Shown here in pieces: positions 37,709 through 48,549 of a stretch of 64,000 nucleotides of DNA (position 1 is its first letter; every line of letters starts with the position of its first letter). The stretch spans positions 32,001-96,000 of the forward strand of contig JBEIPA010000012.1 of the NCBI GenBank assembly GCA_040377305.1. Direction: 5' to 3'. Source of the stretch: Flavobacteriales bacterium (lineage in GTDB: Bacteria; Bacteroidota; Bacteroidia; Palsa-965). A model generated the notes under the pieces. That model was not told where the DNA came from. It made no database searches and was given only the letters and a program-made list of their open reading frames with translations. The position numbers and the translations under genes were made by a program.

Positions 37709-38476
37709 ATGAATGATCATGAAAAACAACTTTGGAACAGGATTAAAGAGTTTCAATTCGATGAACCGGAAGTAGCATTTAGCTTTTCCGACCGGTTGGC
37801 AAATGAGAACAACTGGAAAAAGGATTTCGCCATTCGGGCGATTGAAGAATACCGCAAGTTTATTTATCTCTGCTGCGTTGCTGGACATCAGGTCACTCCT
37901 TCCGATGAAGTAGATCAGGTATGGCATCTTCACCTCACTTTTACTAAATCGTACTGGAAAGAGTTGTGCGAAAAAGTTTTGGAGAAAGAGTTGCATCACA
38001 ATCCAACAAAGGGCGGTAAAGTTGAAGAGAAGAAGTTCGACTTGTGTTACTCGAAAACGTTGGTTTCTTATCGCAATCACTTCGGAGTTAATCCTCCGGT
38101 AGATTTATGGCCGAATGGAACTACACGGTTTCAAAATGCAAATCATATACGCGTCGATGCACTTCGAAACTGGATAATTAAAAAGCCACAGCGAAGAATC
38201 CGAATTGCATTTGTAGTTCTACTTCTTTCGATCGGAGGACTCCTGAATGTTCAGGCATACGACAACAAGGATGTGATTGTCGGGTTTGGTGTAATGGCAG
38301 TGATTGCGGTTATCGGAATTATCACCTGGCGAAACGGTGGAGGAAATGGAAATGGGGGAAGTTGTTCATCCGGTTGCAGCACGAGCGGTTGCGGTGGATC
38401 ACACAGTGGATGTTCTTCGAACGGTTGCAGCTCCGGTTGTGGTGGCGGTTGCGGTGGAGGCGGATGTGGAAGTTAG
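37709..38476 (+). CDS. glycine-rich domain (GRDP-like) membrane protein with Cys/Gly-rich tail
   Basis: AIEEYRKFIYL, PSDEVDQVWHLHL, LHHNP; tail GCSSGCGGGCGGGGCGS. Confidence 0.8.
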   Translation: MNDHEKQLWNRIKEFQFDEPEVAFSFSDRLANENNWKKDFAIRAIEEYRKFIYLCCVAGHQVTPSDEVDQVWHLHLTFTKSYWKELCEKVLEKELHHNPTKGGKVEEKKFDLCYSKTLVSYRNHFGVNPPVDLWPNGTTRFQNANHIRVDALRNWIIKKPQRRIRIAFVVLLLSIGGLLNVQAYDNKDVIVGFGVMAVIAVIGIITWRNGGGNGNGGSCSSGCSTSGCGGSHSGCSSNGCSSGCGGGCGGGGCGS

Positions 38477-38526
38477 TTTCATAAAAAAGCGCGAATCTCT
38501 CCGCGCTCATACTATATCCTGACTGC

Positions 38527-38544
38527 TCCCGATAGCTATCGGGA
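38527..38544. repeat. 18-bp perfect palindrome tcccgatagctatcggga
   Basis: Identical to 24802-24819; degenerate copy at 24864-24881. Confidence 0.7.
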
Positions 38545-38546
38545 TG

Positions 38547-39275
38547 CTACTGCCGCTGCAACTGATTTTTAGGAACAATCTTATCCATCACTTTCCCACC
38601 CATCTCTTTTCCTTTTTCTTTTCCTTTTTCCTTCGCTTTCTCCTTCACCTCTTCTTTTACTTCTTCCTTCACTTGCTCTTTCACGGTAGTTGGAGCGGCA
38701 GCTGTTGTATCACTCGCATTCGAAGGAGAAGGTGCTGGTTTTGTTTTTCCCGTTCCTGCTTCGTCGATGGAAAGGTTAGTTGGACTAACAGCGCCATTAA
38801 CTGCGTCTGCAGGTGATTTCACCTTACCGGTTCCGGCTTCATCAATTGTGATTTGTCCACCTCCCCCATCAAGTCCACTCGCACCAGCAGGTGGAGCCGG
38901 AGCAGGTGATGCTTCTTCAGCCGGAGCAGCTTCAACTTTCGATGCAGATGTTCCAGCCTCAGCTTCTTTTGGTTGTTCCGGCTCGGGTTCACTCGGTCGC
39001 TCAAGTCCAGGAACACTTGGATTATTCGTAGTTGAGTCGGTACGATTCGCGTCGTTCTTAGTCTTCGTTTTACCTGTGCCAGGCTCATCGATGGTTATCT
39101 CCTGAGGAACACCACCGGATGGTTGATCGCGATTATTGACCGTAGTTGTATCCACAGCCTCCGCAGCATCTTTCTTTTTATTCTTCTTTTTCTTTCCTCC
39201 GTCTTGTGCGTAAGCATCGGCAGACAAAATCACTGCAGCCGCAAGAGTTAATAAAGTAAGTAGTCGTTTACTCAT
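38547..39275 (-). CDS. secreted low-complexity protein with three IDExGTGK motifs
   Basis: Signal peptide (AYA-Q); ITIDEPGTGKTK, ITIDEAGTGKVK, LSIDEAGTGKTK. Confidence 0.7.
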   Translation of the reverse strand: MSKRLLTLLTLAAAVILSADAYAQDGGKKKKNKKKDAAEAVDTTTVNNRDQPSGGVPQEITIDEPGTGKTKTKNDANRTDSTTNNPSVPGLERPSEPEPEQPKEAEAGTSASKVEAAPAEEASPAPAPPAGASGLDGGGGQITIDEAGTGKVKSPADAVNGAVSPTNLSIDEAGTGKTKPAPSPSNASDTTAAAPTTVKEQVKEEVKEEVKEKAKEKGKEKGKEMGGKVMDKIVPKNQLQRQ

Positions 39276-39389
39276 GTGATTGTAAATTATATTGATTCGA
39301 TTTCGTGAATCCAAACACAACCGTTCGGACTTCCTGGCAGAACTTTATAATGGATTATTACCCAAAATTAGTGCCATTTGGGATACCTT

Positions 39390-41837
39390 TTACTTAGACA
39401 ACTCAATTGCCTCAGGTACAGACACTTGCTCCCCTTTATAGAAAGCAATAATGAAGCATTCCGGGAAGCCCTGAGCACGCATTTTGTCTTTCAGCGCGGT
39501 GATATCGGAATAGCTGGAAGTGCCACCTACTGTGTATCGCGTTAAGCCTTGTGTTGTGGTCGACTTCTTCAGTCCAACCACTTTATCAAACTTCGCCTGA
39601 TCTTCTGCTGATGGAGCATTCTTGTATGCGCCCAACTGAACCTGGAACTCAACAAATCCTTTCGTGCCTGCACCTTGAGCTGTATCAGGTGTCATCGGTT
39701 CAACTTTCATGTAGGTTGCTCCGGCTTTCTCGAGTGGAATTCTCTTTCCTTGTTTATACGCAACAATAAACGCTCCTGAATATCCTTTAACCAACAACGC
39801 AGCTTTCGCATCAGATGCTTCCTGGAATGTTTTGTATGAACCAGACATGTACTTGTAAAGTCCGTCATCCGTCTTGAAGTAAAGTAGATCTGGAACATCT
39901 GCGAATGTTGCTTTGGAAATCGGACGACTGAATGCACCAACCTGAACGCGGAAAGTTAATCCCGTATCATTCGGCATAGTTTTCACACCGCCGTTAGTTC
40001 CACCTGTATTTCCTCCGGTGTTGCCACCTGTATTTCCTCCGGTGTTACCACCAGTATTTCCTCCGGTGTTACCACCTGTATTTCCTCCGGTGTTGCCACC
40101 TGTATTTCCTCCGGTGTTACCACCTGTATTTCCTCCGGTGTTGCCACCTGTATTTCCTCCGGTGTTACCACCTGTATTTCCTCCGGTGTTACCACCTGTA
40201 TTTCCTCCGGTGTTGCCACCAGTATTTCCTCCGGTGTTACCACCTGTATTTCCTCCGGTGTTGCCACCTGTGTTTCCTCCGGTGTTGCCACCTGTATTTC
40301 CTCCGGTGTTGCCACCCGTATTTCCTCCGGTGTTGCCACCTGTATTTCCTCCGGTGTTACCACCTGTATTTCCTGCAGTGTTGCCAGTGAGGCCTGTTAC
40401 TTCAACCAGTTTTCCATCAGCAGTTTTGTATACGATGGTTGGCGTTTTGAATCCTTGTGCTTCCAGTGCTTTTCTTCTGCGTTCAGCTTCTACGAGATCG
40501 TAAAACTTTCCGGCAGTATATGCTGTAGATGAATCATACAACGAGTGCGTTGCAATATCCGGAACGCTGAGAAAACGCATCATCTGTTCATTGGTGATGG
40601 CGCTGTTGTAAGTCCCGAGCGAAACCATATACACTTTCCGTTCTGCTCCACCTGTCCCGGCAGTATTCTGTCCGTTGAGTTTGACATTCACTGAATGGTA
40701 TTCACCGGTTGAATCGTTGTAAAGCAACCAACGCTTGTATACGATTGAATCTGTCAACGCAATTCCATTCTCGTCGGTAAAGAATTCTTTCGGCGATTCT
40801 AGTTCCTTATCGCGATAGTCAGCCGTGTTGTCAATGTCATCATCAAGCGGACAACCGTGTATGTCAACCGAAACTCCAACAGGTGTGAGTGCGCAGGAGT
40901 CTGACAAATCGAATACGCCATCCATATCGTAGTCATCGTCATTGAACACATAAAGGCTGTCTGTCGGTGCGAATGTGTCAATCTCCTCTTTCTCTTGTCC
41001 GGTGAGATTGTAACGCATTCCGAACGAAGTCATCACGAAATGGTCATTCTTAGAATTGCCTTGACGTGCGCCCGTGCTTTGTGCAGTTATTCCGTCAACA
41101 TAATCGGTGAACGTAAAGTGGAATGTGGTTCCAACAACGGCCTGCCAACGGTCGGTCAGGTGCATCGTGAATCCAATTCCAACAGGAACGGCGAAAGAAC
41201 GTTCAGGATATCTTCCGAAGTCATCCGGATTCGTATTGCGCACATCTGTTTCGTACGTGTAATCGCGCACAAGCATAGAAGCCTGCCACGCGAAGGGATC
41301 GCTTTCGTCAATATTACGGATTGATCCATCAGACCAGTAGTAATAACGATTTCCATTTGCATCGAACAAATCTGTCTTCGATAAGAACTCGAACGATTCA
41401 ATACCAACGCTTACCCACGGCATCACGTTTCTTCTCGTGCGAAAGAAATTCTGAAAGTTGTACTCGAAATGAATTCCGCCAACACGAATTGCTGATTCGA
41501 AATTCACATTGCGTGTAATCAAACGTTCATTTGCCCCAAGCTTTCCGAAGCAGGTATAAAATCCGATGTTGAGGTAGGGAGTAAGCGTTTGATGAACCGA
41601 AAGTTCAAATCCAATTCTGCTGACCTGAAAATTTGCAAGATGCTTATCGTACACGTCGCCGTAATACGAGAACATTCCAGTACCAAGACCTACGGTTGGC
41701 TTAAAAACGAAAGGTGCCGGTTCATCGGCTACTTTCTTTTGCCACAGTCGGGGTTGGACTGTATTTTCCCGGCTGTGCATTATTGCTGTATGCAAAACCA
41801 GTAACAGGACGAAGGTTATTCTTCGCATTAATCTCAA
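39390..41837 (-). CDS. outer-membrane beta-barrel / TSP3-repeat / SPOR-domain protein with (GNTG)n linker
   Basis: Barrel-like N half, DDDYDMDGVFD...DC Ca-binding repeats, FRVQVGAF and FQVQLGAY SPOR-type motifs. Confidence 0.75.
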   Translation of the reverse strand: MRLMRRITFVLLLVLHTAIMHSRENTVQPRLWQKKVADEPAPFVFKPTVGLGTGMFSYYGDVYDKHLANFQVSRIGFELSVHQTLTPYLNIGFYTCFGKLGANERLITRNVNFESAIRVGGIHFEYNFQNFFRTRRNVMPWVSVGIESFEFLSKTDLFDANGNRYYYWSDGSIRNIDESDPFAWQASMLVRDYTYETDVRNTNPDDFGRYPERSFAVPVGIGFTMHLTDRWQAVVGTTFHFTFTDYVDGITAQSTGARQGNSKNDHFVMTSFGMRYNLTGQEKEEIDTFAPTDSLYVFNDDDYDMDGVFDLSDSCALTPVGVSVDIHGCPLDDDIDNTADYRDKELESPKEFFTDENGIALTDSIVYKRWLLYNDSTGEYHSVNVKLNGQNTAGTGGAERKVYMVSLGTYNSAITNEQMMRFLSVPDIATHSLYDSSTAYTAGKFYDLVEAERRRKALEAQGFKTPTIVYKTADGKLVEVTGLTGNTAGNTGGNTGGNTGGNTGGNTGGNTGGNTGGNTGGNTGGNTGGNTGGNTGGNTGGNTGGNTGGNTGGNTGGNTGGNTGGNTGGNTGGNTGGNTGGNTGGNTGGNTGGNTGGNTGGNTGGNTGGNTGGTNGGVKTMPNDTGLTFRVQVGAFSRPISKATFADVPDLLYFKTDDGLYKYMSGSYKTFQEASDAKAALLVKGYSGAFIVAYKQGKRIPLEKAGATYMKVEPMTPDTAQGAGTKGFVEFQVQLGAYKNAPSAEDQAKFDKVVGLKKSTTTQGLTRYTVGGTSSYSDITALKDKMRAQGFPECFIIAFYKGEQVSVPEAIELSK
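40000..40383. repeat. coding tandem repeat, 16 x 24 bp
   Basis: Unit ccacctgtatttcctccggtgtt(g/a), encoding about 32 GNTG tetrapeptides. Confidence 0.95.
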
Positions 41838-41924
41838 AAATAGCTATTCTAATTCGAATTCTCTTGGTTTTTAACAGCGAAGATCGTCATGACTGCCTAC
41901 GGCCCAACTGCTCACTGCCTACTG

Positions 41925-43343
41925 CTACTTGATCCACTTTTGACTCGTAATCATCAGCGCTTCCTGCACCGTAATTCTCTTACCGCTGCTGTATGCCACT
42001 ACAAACGGACCTTCAACACCTTTTCCACGAACTGTTTCACGGCTATTTCGTGCATCCTGATAAGTTGTGAATGAACCTGTCGTGTACTTATTCAAACCAT
42101 CAACCTGTTCAGCATTCACCGTATTGAGTCCGTATGTGTTCTCGTAATAATTAGTTGGAACACGACGCACCATTGCTGCAACCTGAATCGAGAAAGAAAC
42201 ACCTTGAGTCTTATTCACGATAGGATCCTGTTGCGTATCTCCGGTGTTTCCGTCATTACCGGTGTTTCCGTCATTGCCCGTGTTGCCTGTATTTTCTGTA
42301 ACCGGATCTTGCCCCGACTTGTTTCCGTTGGCATCGTTCCCCGTGTTTCCGTCGTTACCGGTATTGCCATCATTCCCTGTATTTCCAGTGTTCCCTGTGT
42401 TTCCAATGTTCCCTGTGTTTCCAATGTTCCCTGTGTTTCCTGTATTGCCCGTGTTACCCGTGTTACCGGTATTATTATTTCCAACGATAGCTTCGTTCGC
42501 TTTCATTTCAATAACTGCAGGAGCAATATTCACCAGCTTGTTATCCATGTTCTCGATGTACGAAACGTGTCCGTTGATGGTATAACGCCCAGCTACATCA
42601 GGAGATACAATAACTTTATACTGGGCATGCAATGTTGCGCTCGCCTTGTTTGGATTGTACCACTGCAAACGCACAATTCCATTCTCAAAAGACCAGTCGC
42701 CACCATCGTTCATGACCGACTTTGCAATGAATCCTTCCGGCAATGTATCCTGGAGCTTGATGAAGCTGCTGAGATCGCCCTTTTGTATAGTGATATCAAC
42801 AATGAATTCTCCGGTTACAGGTTCAGTGGGAACAATACGCGTTACTGTAACACTTGCTGCTGGATTTGCAGTCGAATCGTTGGTCTCCGGAATGTAGTTG
42901 CCGTTGTTTTGGGTTCCCGCGTTACCGACAATGAGTTTCATGGGATCAAGTACTATATGACTCGGTAGATTGTCTACTGTATGCGAAAGTTTTTGTGTGC
43001 ATTCAAACGTCCCTTCCGCATCTGACGGAGGTGTAAGCTTGAAGGAAACATTCAGTTCTTCGCGCACACCAACACGTGACCAAAGAAATTTTACGGTGCG
43101 ATCTTCAAACATGAAAGAAGATCCGTCTTCTTCAATCTTTTCTGCTGTCCATCCTTCGGGAATTACCATGGAATAACGAAGCAGCTTATCAACTCCGTTT
43201 GGATCAATTTTCACCTTCACTATCACGCTCTCGCCCTTATTAATCGAAGCAGGAGCCGTAATGGTTGCAGAAGGACCTCCCGCGAGCAGAGAAAAAATCC
43301 ACACAGCTAAAAAGTTCAACGCAAATATCAGTCCTCGTATCAT
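41925..43343 (-). CDS. SPOR-domain protein with (GNT)n linker
   Basis: Two related beta-rich N-terminal domains, GNT/GND repeats, C-terminal FSIQVAA...KYTTGSF...FVVAY. Confidence 0.7.
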   Translation of the reverse strand: MIRGLIFALNFLAVWIFSLLAGGPSATITAPASINKGESVIVKVKIDPNGVDKLLRYSMVIPEGWTAEKIEEDGSSFMFEDRTVKFLWSRVGVREELNVSFKLTPPSDAEGTFECTQKLSHTVDNLPSHIVLDPMKLIVGNAGTQNNGNYIPETNDSTANPAASVTVTRIVPTEPVTGEFIVDITIQKGDLSSFIKLQDTLPEGFIAKSVMNDGGDWSFENGIVRLQWYNPNKASATLHAQYKVIVSPDVAGRYTINGHVSYIENMDNKLVNIAPAVIEMKANEAIVGNNNTGNTGNTGNTGNTGNIGNTGNIGNTGNTGNTGNDGNTGNDGNTGNDANGNKSGQDPVTENTGNTGNDGNTGNDGNTGDTQQDPIVNKTQGVSFSIQVAAMVRRVPTNYYENTYGLNTVNAEQVDGLNKYTTGSFTTYQDARNSRETVRGKGVEGPFVVAYSSGKRITVQEALMITSQKWIK

Positions 43344-43361
43344 AGTTTCCCTTATTTGTAA

Positions 43362-44567
43362 TTATTGTTCGAAGTAGTAGTCAATCAGCTGATTGATTTT
43401 TTCTGCAGTCCAACCGCCTTTATCATCAAAGAAATCATCTACCACAGAATCAATTTCATCAGCCGTTATCATACAGTTGCTATCGTAATCAGCCGCGCGA
43501 AATTCTTCAGGAATGCAATTCGGGTTAATTACATTTCCGAGACTGTCGAGTTGAGTGAGTGTAGTTGTTACTCCATCCTTATCAACCGGCGTGTTTTTAG
43601 CCGTGTTCTGTTCTTTGTCGCGATAATCAGGAACTCCGTCTTCATCATTATCAGGCGGACATCCATTGCGATTTACCTGAACACCCGATGGAGTTCCTGC
43701 GCACAGATCATCCGCATCGCGAACACCGTCTTTGTCGGAGTCTTCGTTCAGAATATCAGATCCGTTGGTGCGGTCTGCTTTCGGACCACGTGAATTGAAT
43801 TGATAATAGATGGAAACACTCGCATACATCCAACTGTCGTTGCGGTCAAACTTGAAGTTGTCAATGTAATCGCTGAACGTAAGATTGTATGTAGCGCGAA
43901 AATCAGCACCAACATGTCTGTTGAATTTGAACTTCGTACCAACGCTCAGTGGAATTCCCATTGTGCTTCGCGTGTAATTCACTGCGCTGTCGGTGAGCTG
44001 AGTTTCGTAAGTGTAATCGCGGGTGAGATAATTCGATATGAAATTTGCATTGGGTGCGCTTTCATTCACATCGCGAATAGTTCCGTCAGACCAGTAGTGG
44101 TACGTTGAATCATTCGCCGCTTTCAGATCGCCATACGGATCAAAACTCATCCACATAAATCCAACACCCAGGTAAGGACCGACTGTTGCGCGCCGCGACA
44201 GAATGAAATCATTGTCGAGATTAAACATCAGTCCGCCACCAACGCTGATGAATTGTGTTGTGAAATTTCTGTTGAATGCAACTGAACGTTCATTGGCGGT
44301 TAGCGTACCATATACTCCGTATAATTCTGCACCCAGTGTTCCAAGAAAACGTTGTTCTATTCCAAAACGAAAACCGGTTCTGAATGATCCTCCGGTTCCT
44401 TTGGTTGGAGCAATATCTCCACGGAAGTAAGTGAGTCCCGCACCAACTCCAAGGAGTGGAAGTTCTTTGTGTTCAGGATCGGATTGAGCCGACAAAGTTG
44501 TGGTCGCGCAGAATATGGGCACGATACAGAGCAAGGGAAGCAGCTTAATGGTTTGGTTCAAATCCAA
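43362..44567 (-). CDS. outer-membrane beta-barrel (DUF6089-like) protein with TSP3 repeats and EF-hand-like C-terminus
   Basis: GLTYFRGD, TFSDYID, DSDKDGVRDADDLC, DNDEDGVPDYRD, DYDSNCMITADEI. Confidence 0.7.
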   Translation of the reverse strand: MDLNQTIKLLPLLCIVPIFCATTTLSAQSDPEHKELPLLGVGAGLTYFRGDIAPTKGTGGSFRTGFRFGIEQRFLGTLGAELYGVYGTLTANERSVAFNRNFTTQFISVGGGLMFNLDNDFILSRRATVGPYLGVGFMWMSFDPYGDLKAANDSTYHYWSDGTIRDVNESAPNANFISNYLTRDYTYETQLTDSAVNYTRSTMGIPLSVGTKFKFNRHVGADFRATYNLTFSDYIDNFKFDRNDSWMYASVSIYYQFNSRGPKADRTNGSDILNEDSDKDGVRDADDLCAGTPSGVQVNRNGCPPDNDEDGVPDYRDKEQNTAKNTPVDKDGVTTTLTQLDSLGNVINPNCIPEEFRAADYDSNCMITADEIDSVVDDFFDDKGGWTAEKINQLIDYYFEQ

Positions 44568-44824
44568 TGGGTTTATGCGTACCCAACAAATCTATACTTG
44601 CAGTGCGCGCACAACGGCCGACGTTATTCACAATTACCAACATGAAAATGTGAATACGACAATGAACGAAACGATGAAAGCCCCGTCGATAGAGGCTTTC
44701 AGAGGTTTTGAAGAATGATGTTGTAGTGTTAGTCGTTATTCACATTTGACTGTTAGCGAATGTTCCTTGATACGTTCCACGAATGTGTGGCTCAAGCTTT
44801 CGCTGAGTCTTAGCGTCGCTACGA

Positions 44825-45538
44825 TTAAAAGTTCGGCTTAAGGAGGTAATGCGAGTAGAAGTCGTTAATGATCTTCACTGCATCATCTGCCGTGTCTACC
44901 ACATGAAACAACTGCAGATCGGAAGGATTGATGTTGTGCTCTTTCTCCAGCATAGTATGCTTTATCCAATCGAGGAGTCCGCTCCAGTATGCAGTGCCTA
45001 CAAGAATTACCGGAAAGTTGGCAATCTTCGATGTTTGAACAAGCGTCAACGATTCGAAGAGCTCATCCAGTGTTCCGAATCCGCCGGGCATTGCAATGAA
45101 TCCCTGGCTGTATTTCAGAAAGATTGTTTTGCGAATGAAGAAGTAGTCGAAGTTGATATTCTTGTCGAGATCAACGTAAATGTTCGACGACTGTTCAAAC
45201 GGCAAACGAATGTTGAGTCCAACCGATTTTCCTTTCGCTGTCTTTGCGCCCTTGTTCCCGGCTTCCATAATTCCCGGACCACCACCTGTGATAATTCCGT
45301 AACCTTCCTGCGTGAGACGCAATGCAATTTCTTCCGCGAGTTTGTAGTAGGGACTATCGGGTTTTGTTCGTGCAGATCCGAAAATTGAAACACACGGTCC
45401 GATCTTCGCCATCTTCTCAAATCCTTCAACGAACTCCGACATGATTTTAAAAATCTGCCAGGAGTTTCCGGCTTTAATCTCATTCCAATCTTTTTCAGCA
45501 AATGCGCGCCGGATTTTTTCTTCTTGATTCTCAGTCAT
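44825..45538 (-). CDS. LOG family / TIGR00730 Rossmann-fold protein
   Basis: SIFGSAR, TGGGPGIMEA, PGGFGTLDE. Confidence 0.92.
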   Translation of the reverse strand: MTENQEEKIRRAFAEKDWNEIKAGNSWQIFKIMSEFVEGFEKMAKIGPCVSIFGSARTKPDSPYYKLAEEIALRLTQEGYGIITGGGPGIMEAGNKGAKTAKGKSVGLNIRLPFEQSSNIYVDLDKNINFDYFFIRKTIFLKYSQGFIAMPGGFGTLDELFESLTLVQTSKIANFPVILVGTAYWSGLLDWIKHTMLEKEHNINPSDLQLFHVVDTADDAVKIINDFYSHYLLKPNF

Positions 45539-45690
45539 AAAAATTCTATAGGGTTATTCTCTTAATCTCTGGGATGAACTGTTGAGATATGTTTAGCAAA
45601 CAACTTGCCATGTTAGTGAGGACAGTTGTTATACGGCCACAATAACATGATGTTTCAGAATAAATGCAAATGCGCCTAAATCGGAGTGAA

Positions 45691-48540
45691 TTACGGCATT
45701 TCCAGTTCTTCTTTCAAAAACTTCGCAGTAAAGCTCACCTTATTCTTCGCAACAATTTCCGGGGTTCCGGCAGCAAGAATTTGTCCGCCCCCGCTTCCGC
45801 CTTCAGGACCAAGATCAATGACGTAGTCGGCAACTTTGATGATGTCTAAGTTGTGTTCGATCACAAGAACGGTGTTGCCTTGATCAACGAGCTTCTGCAA
45901 GACTTCAAGAAGAATGCGAATGTCTTCGAAATGCAATCCTGTTGTTGGTTCGTCGAGCAGATACAACGTATTTCCGGTTTGCTTCTTCGCTAATTCGGTT
46001 GCAAGCTTCACTCGTTGTGCTTCACCACCGGAAAGCGTGGTACTTTGCTGTCCAAGTGTAATGTAACCTAGACCAACATCAAACATTGCTTTTACGCGTG
46101 CGAGAATTGAAGGATGCGCTTCGAAAAATTCAACAGCTTGTTCAATCGTAAGATCAAGTACATCGCTGATTGATTTTCCTTTGAAACGAATTTCCAGCGT
46201 TTCACGATTATAGCGTTTGCCATTGCAGCTTTCGCAATGAACATAAACGTCCGGAAGAAAGTTCATCTCAATGGTCCGCAAGCCTGCTCCCTGACATGTT
46301 TCGCAACGACCACCTTTTACATTGAAAGAGAATCGGCCGGGCTTGTAACCACGGATTTTCGCTTCAGGCAACTCGGAGAAAAGCAACCGAATATCGGAGA
46401 ACACATTCGTGTACGTTGCCGGATTCGAACGTGGAGTTCTTCCGATTGGCGACTGATCAATGTCAATCACTTTATCGATATACTCGAGCCCGTGAATTTT
46501 CTTGTATGGTAACGGACGTTTCTCTGAGCGGTAAAAATGTTTGCCGAGAATAGGGTAGAGGGTTTCATTAATCAGCGAAGACTTTCCACTACCACTCACG
46601 CCAGTTACACAAATGAAACGACCGAGCGGCAACTCGACAGTTACATTTTTGAGGTTGTGACCTGTACAGCCATCGAGTACAATTGACTTGCCATTTCCTT
46701 TACGTCGCTCTTTCGGAATTGCAATGGAACGTTTACCCGTGATGTAATCCGCCGTAAGCGTATCGAATTTGATCAGTTCTTCCGGAGTTCCTTGTGCAAC
46801 AATGTGTCCGCCATGCACACCTGCTTTCGGACCAATGTCGAGCACGTGATCGGCACACATAATCATTTCCTTGTCGTGTTCAACCACAAGAACAGAATTA
46901 CCGATGTCGCGCAAATTCTTCAATGCGTCAATCAATCGGACATTATCGCGTTGATGCAATCCAATACTCGGCTCGTCGAGAATGTACAACACACCGACAA
47001 GCTGAGAACCGATTTGTGTTGCCAAACGAATGCGTTGCGCTTCTCCACCCGAAAGTGAACGCGAACTGCGATTGATCTGCAAATAATTCAATCCTACATC
47101 AAGCAGAAAGCCAAGTCGTGCACGAATTTCTTTCAACACTTCCTGGCCGATGCTTTTCTGACGGTCACTGATTCGTTTTTCAACACCCGTAAACCACTTC
47201 TGCAAATCTTCAAGTCCCATTGCAGATAACTCCGCGATGTTCTTCTCGTTGATGCGGAAATATAAGGCCTCTTTCTTCAATCGCGATCCTTCACACTTCG
47301 GACAAACCGATTCGTTCATGTATTCCTGCGCCCACTTCTGCACATTCGAAGAACCTTCCTGTTCCTGTCGCGCAAGAAAATTCACAACACCCTCGAACGA
47401 CATGGAATAACTCGTGCCGGTGCTTTGCTGTTCGCTTTTCACCTTGAGCATTTCGTCGGTACCAAACAGAATAGCATTCAATCCGTCTTCCGGAATATCT
47501 TTCACCGGATCAGCAAGCTTGAATCCGAATTTATGTGCGATTGCTTCGAGCTGGGCAAAGATCCAGTTATTGCGATGCTCACCAATAGGAACAATCGCTC
47601 CCGACTTGATGCTTCGCGTTTTATTCGGAATGATCTTGTTGATGTCAATCTCGAGGATGTGTCCGAGTCCGTTGCAACGTGTACACGCCCCATAAGGAGA
47701 GTTAAACGAAAACAAATTCGGAGCAGGATCGTCGTAAGCAATTCCGGAGGTTGGGCACATCAAATGTCGGCTGAAGTGACGCGCCTCGTTTTTGTTCTGT
47801 TCGGCAACCATCATCGTGCCTTTGCCATGACGCAAAGCAAGTTTGATAGAGTCGACCACACGTTGCTTGTCGTCTTCTTTCACTTCCAGACGATCGATTA
47901 CTATTTCAATGTCGTGTACTTTGTAACGGTCGAGTTGTACACGCGAAGTGAGTTCAAGAATCTCTCCGTCAACACGTGCACGAAGAAATCCTTGTTTGCG
48001 GATGTGCTCAAACAACTCACGGTAATGCCCTTTGCGTCCTTTGACAACGGGAGCGAGGATAAATATTTTCTTCTTCGCGTACGTTGTTAGAATAAGATCA
48101 ACAATCTGTTCATCCGAATAGCGAACCATCTTCTCGCCCGTAACGTACGAGTAAGCATCACCGGCACGTGCAAACAGCAGTCGAAGAAAATCGTAGATCT
48201 CCGTGATTGTTCCGACTGTTGAACGTGGATTCTTATTGATCGTTTTCTGTTCGATAGAAATTACAGGACTCAATCCGGTAATCTTGTCTACATCCGGGCG
48301 TTCAAGATCACCCAGGAACTGACGCGCATAAGCAGAAAACGTTTCGATATAGCGACGTTGTCCTTCTGCATAAATGGTATCGAATGCAAGCGACGACTTT
48401 CCGCTTCCGCTCAAACCCGTAATTACAACCAGTTTGTTGCGAGGAATGGAAACTGAAACGTTTTTCAGGTTGTGCACTCTCGCACCGGATACTTCCAGTG
48501 TTTCGCTTTCACTTTCTGCAATGGCAGGTAAATTCTTCAT
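45691..48540 (-). CDS. uvrA: excinuclease ABC subunit A
   Basis: Two Walker A Gx[15 protein letters not shown] x2, zinc fingers, [10 protein letters not shown]. Confidence 0.98.
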   Translation of the reverse strand: MKNLPAIAESESETLEVSGARVHNLKNVSVSIPRNKLVVITGLSGSGKSSLAFDTIYAEGQRRYIETFSAYARQFLGDLERPDVDKITGLSPVISIEQKTINKNPRSTVGTITEIYDFLRLLFARAGDAYSYVTGEKMVRYSDEQIVDLILTTYAKKKIFILAPVVKGRKGHYRELFEHIRKQGFLRARVDGEILELTSRVQLDRYKVHDIEIVIDRLEVKEDDKQRVVDSIKLALRHGKGTMMVAEQNKNEARHFSRHLMCPTSGIAYDDPAPNLFSFNSPYGACTRCNGLGHILEIDINKIIPNKTRSIKSGAIVPIGEHRNNWIFAQLEAIAHKFGFKLADPVKDIPEDGLNAILFGTDEMLKVKSEQQSTGTSYSMSFEGVVNFLARQEQEGSSNVQKWAQEYMNESVCPKCEGSRLKKEALYFRINEKNIAELSAMGLEDLQKWFTGVEKRISDRQKSIGQEVLKEIRARLGFLLDVGLNYLQINRSSRSLSGGEAQRIRLATQIGSQLVGVLYILDEPSIGLHQRDNVRLIDALKNLRDIGNSVLVVEHDKEMIMCADHVLDIGPKAGVHGGHIVAQGTPEELIKFDTLTADYITGKRSIAIPKERRKGNGKSIVLDGCTGHNLKNVTVELPLGRFICVTGVSGSGKSSLINETLYPILGKHFYRSEKRPLPYKKIHGLEYIDKVIDIDQSPIGRTPRSNPATYTNVFSDIRLLFSELPEAKIRGYKPGRFSFNVKGGRCETCQGAGLRTIEMNFLPDVYVHCESCNGKRYNRETLEIRFKGKSISDVLDLTIEQAVEFFEAHPSILARVKAMFDVGLGYITLGQQSTTLSGGEAQRVKLATELAKKQTGNTLYLLDEPTTGLHFEDIRILLEVLQKLVDQGNTVLVIEHNLDIIKVADYVIDLGPEGGSGGGQILAAGTPEIVAKNKVSFTAKFLKEELEMP

Positions 48541-48549
48541 ACTACTTCC

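Noticed and set aside
40018-40503. Plus-strand (PPVF/PPVL)n ORF and alternate-frame (TPEEIQVA)n ORF
   Set aside because: Shadow frames of the GNTG repeat within the 39390-41837 gene.
42204-42968. 254-aa plus-strand ORF and similar long antisense ORFs
   Set aside because: Antisense shadows of well-supported genes with no recognisable motifs.
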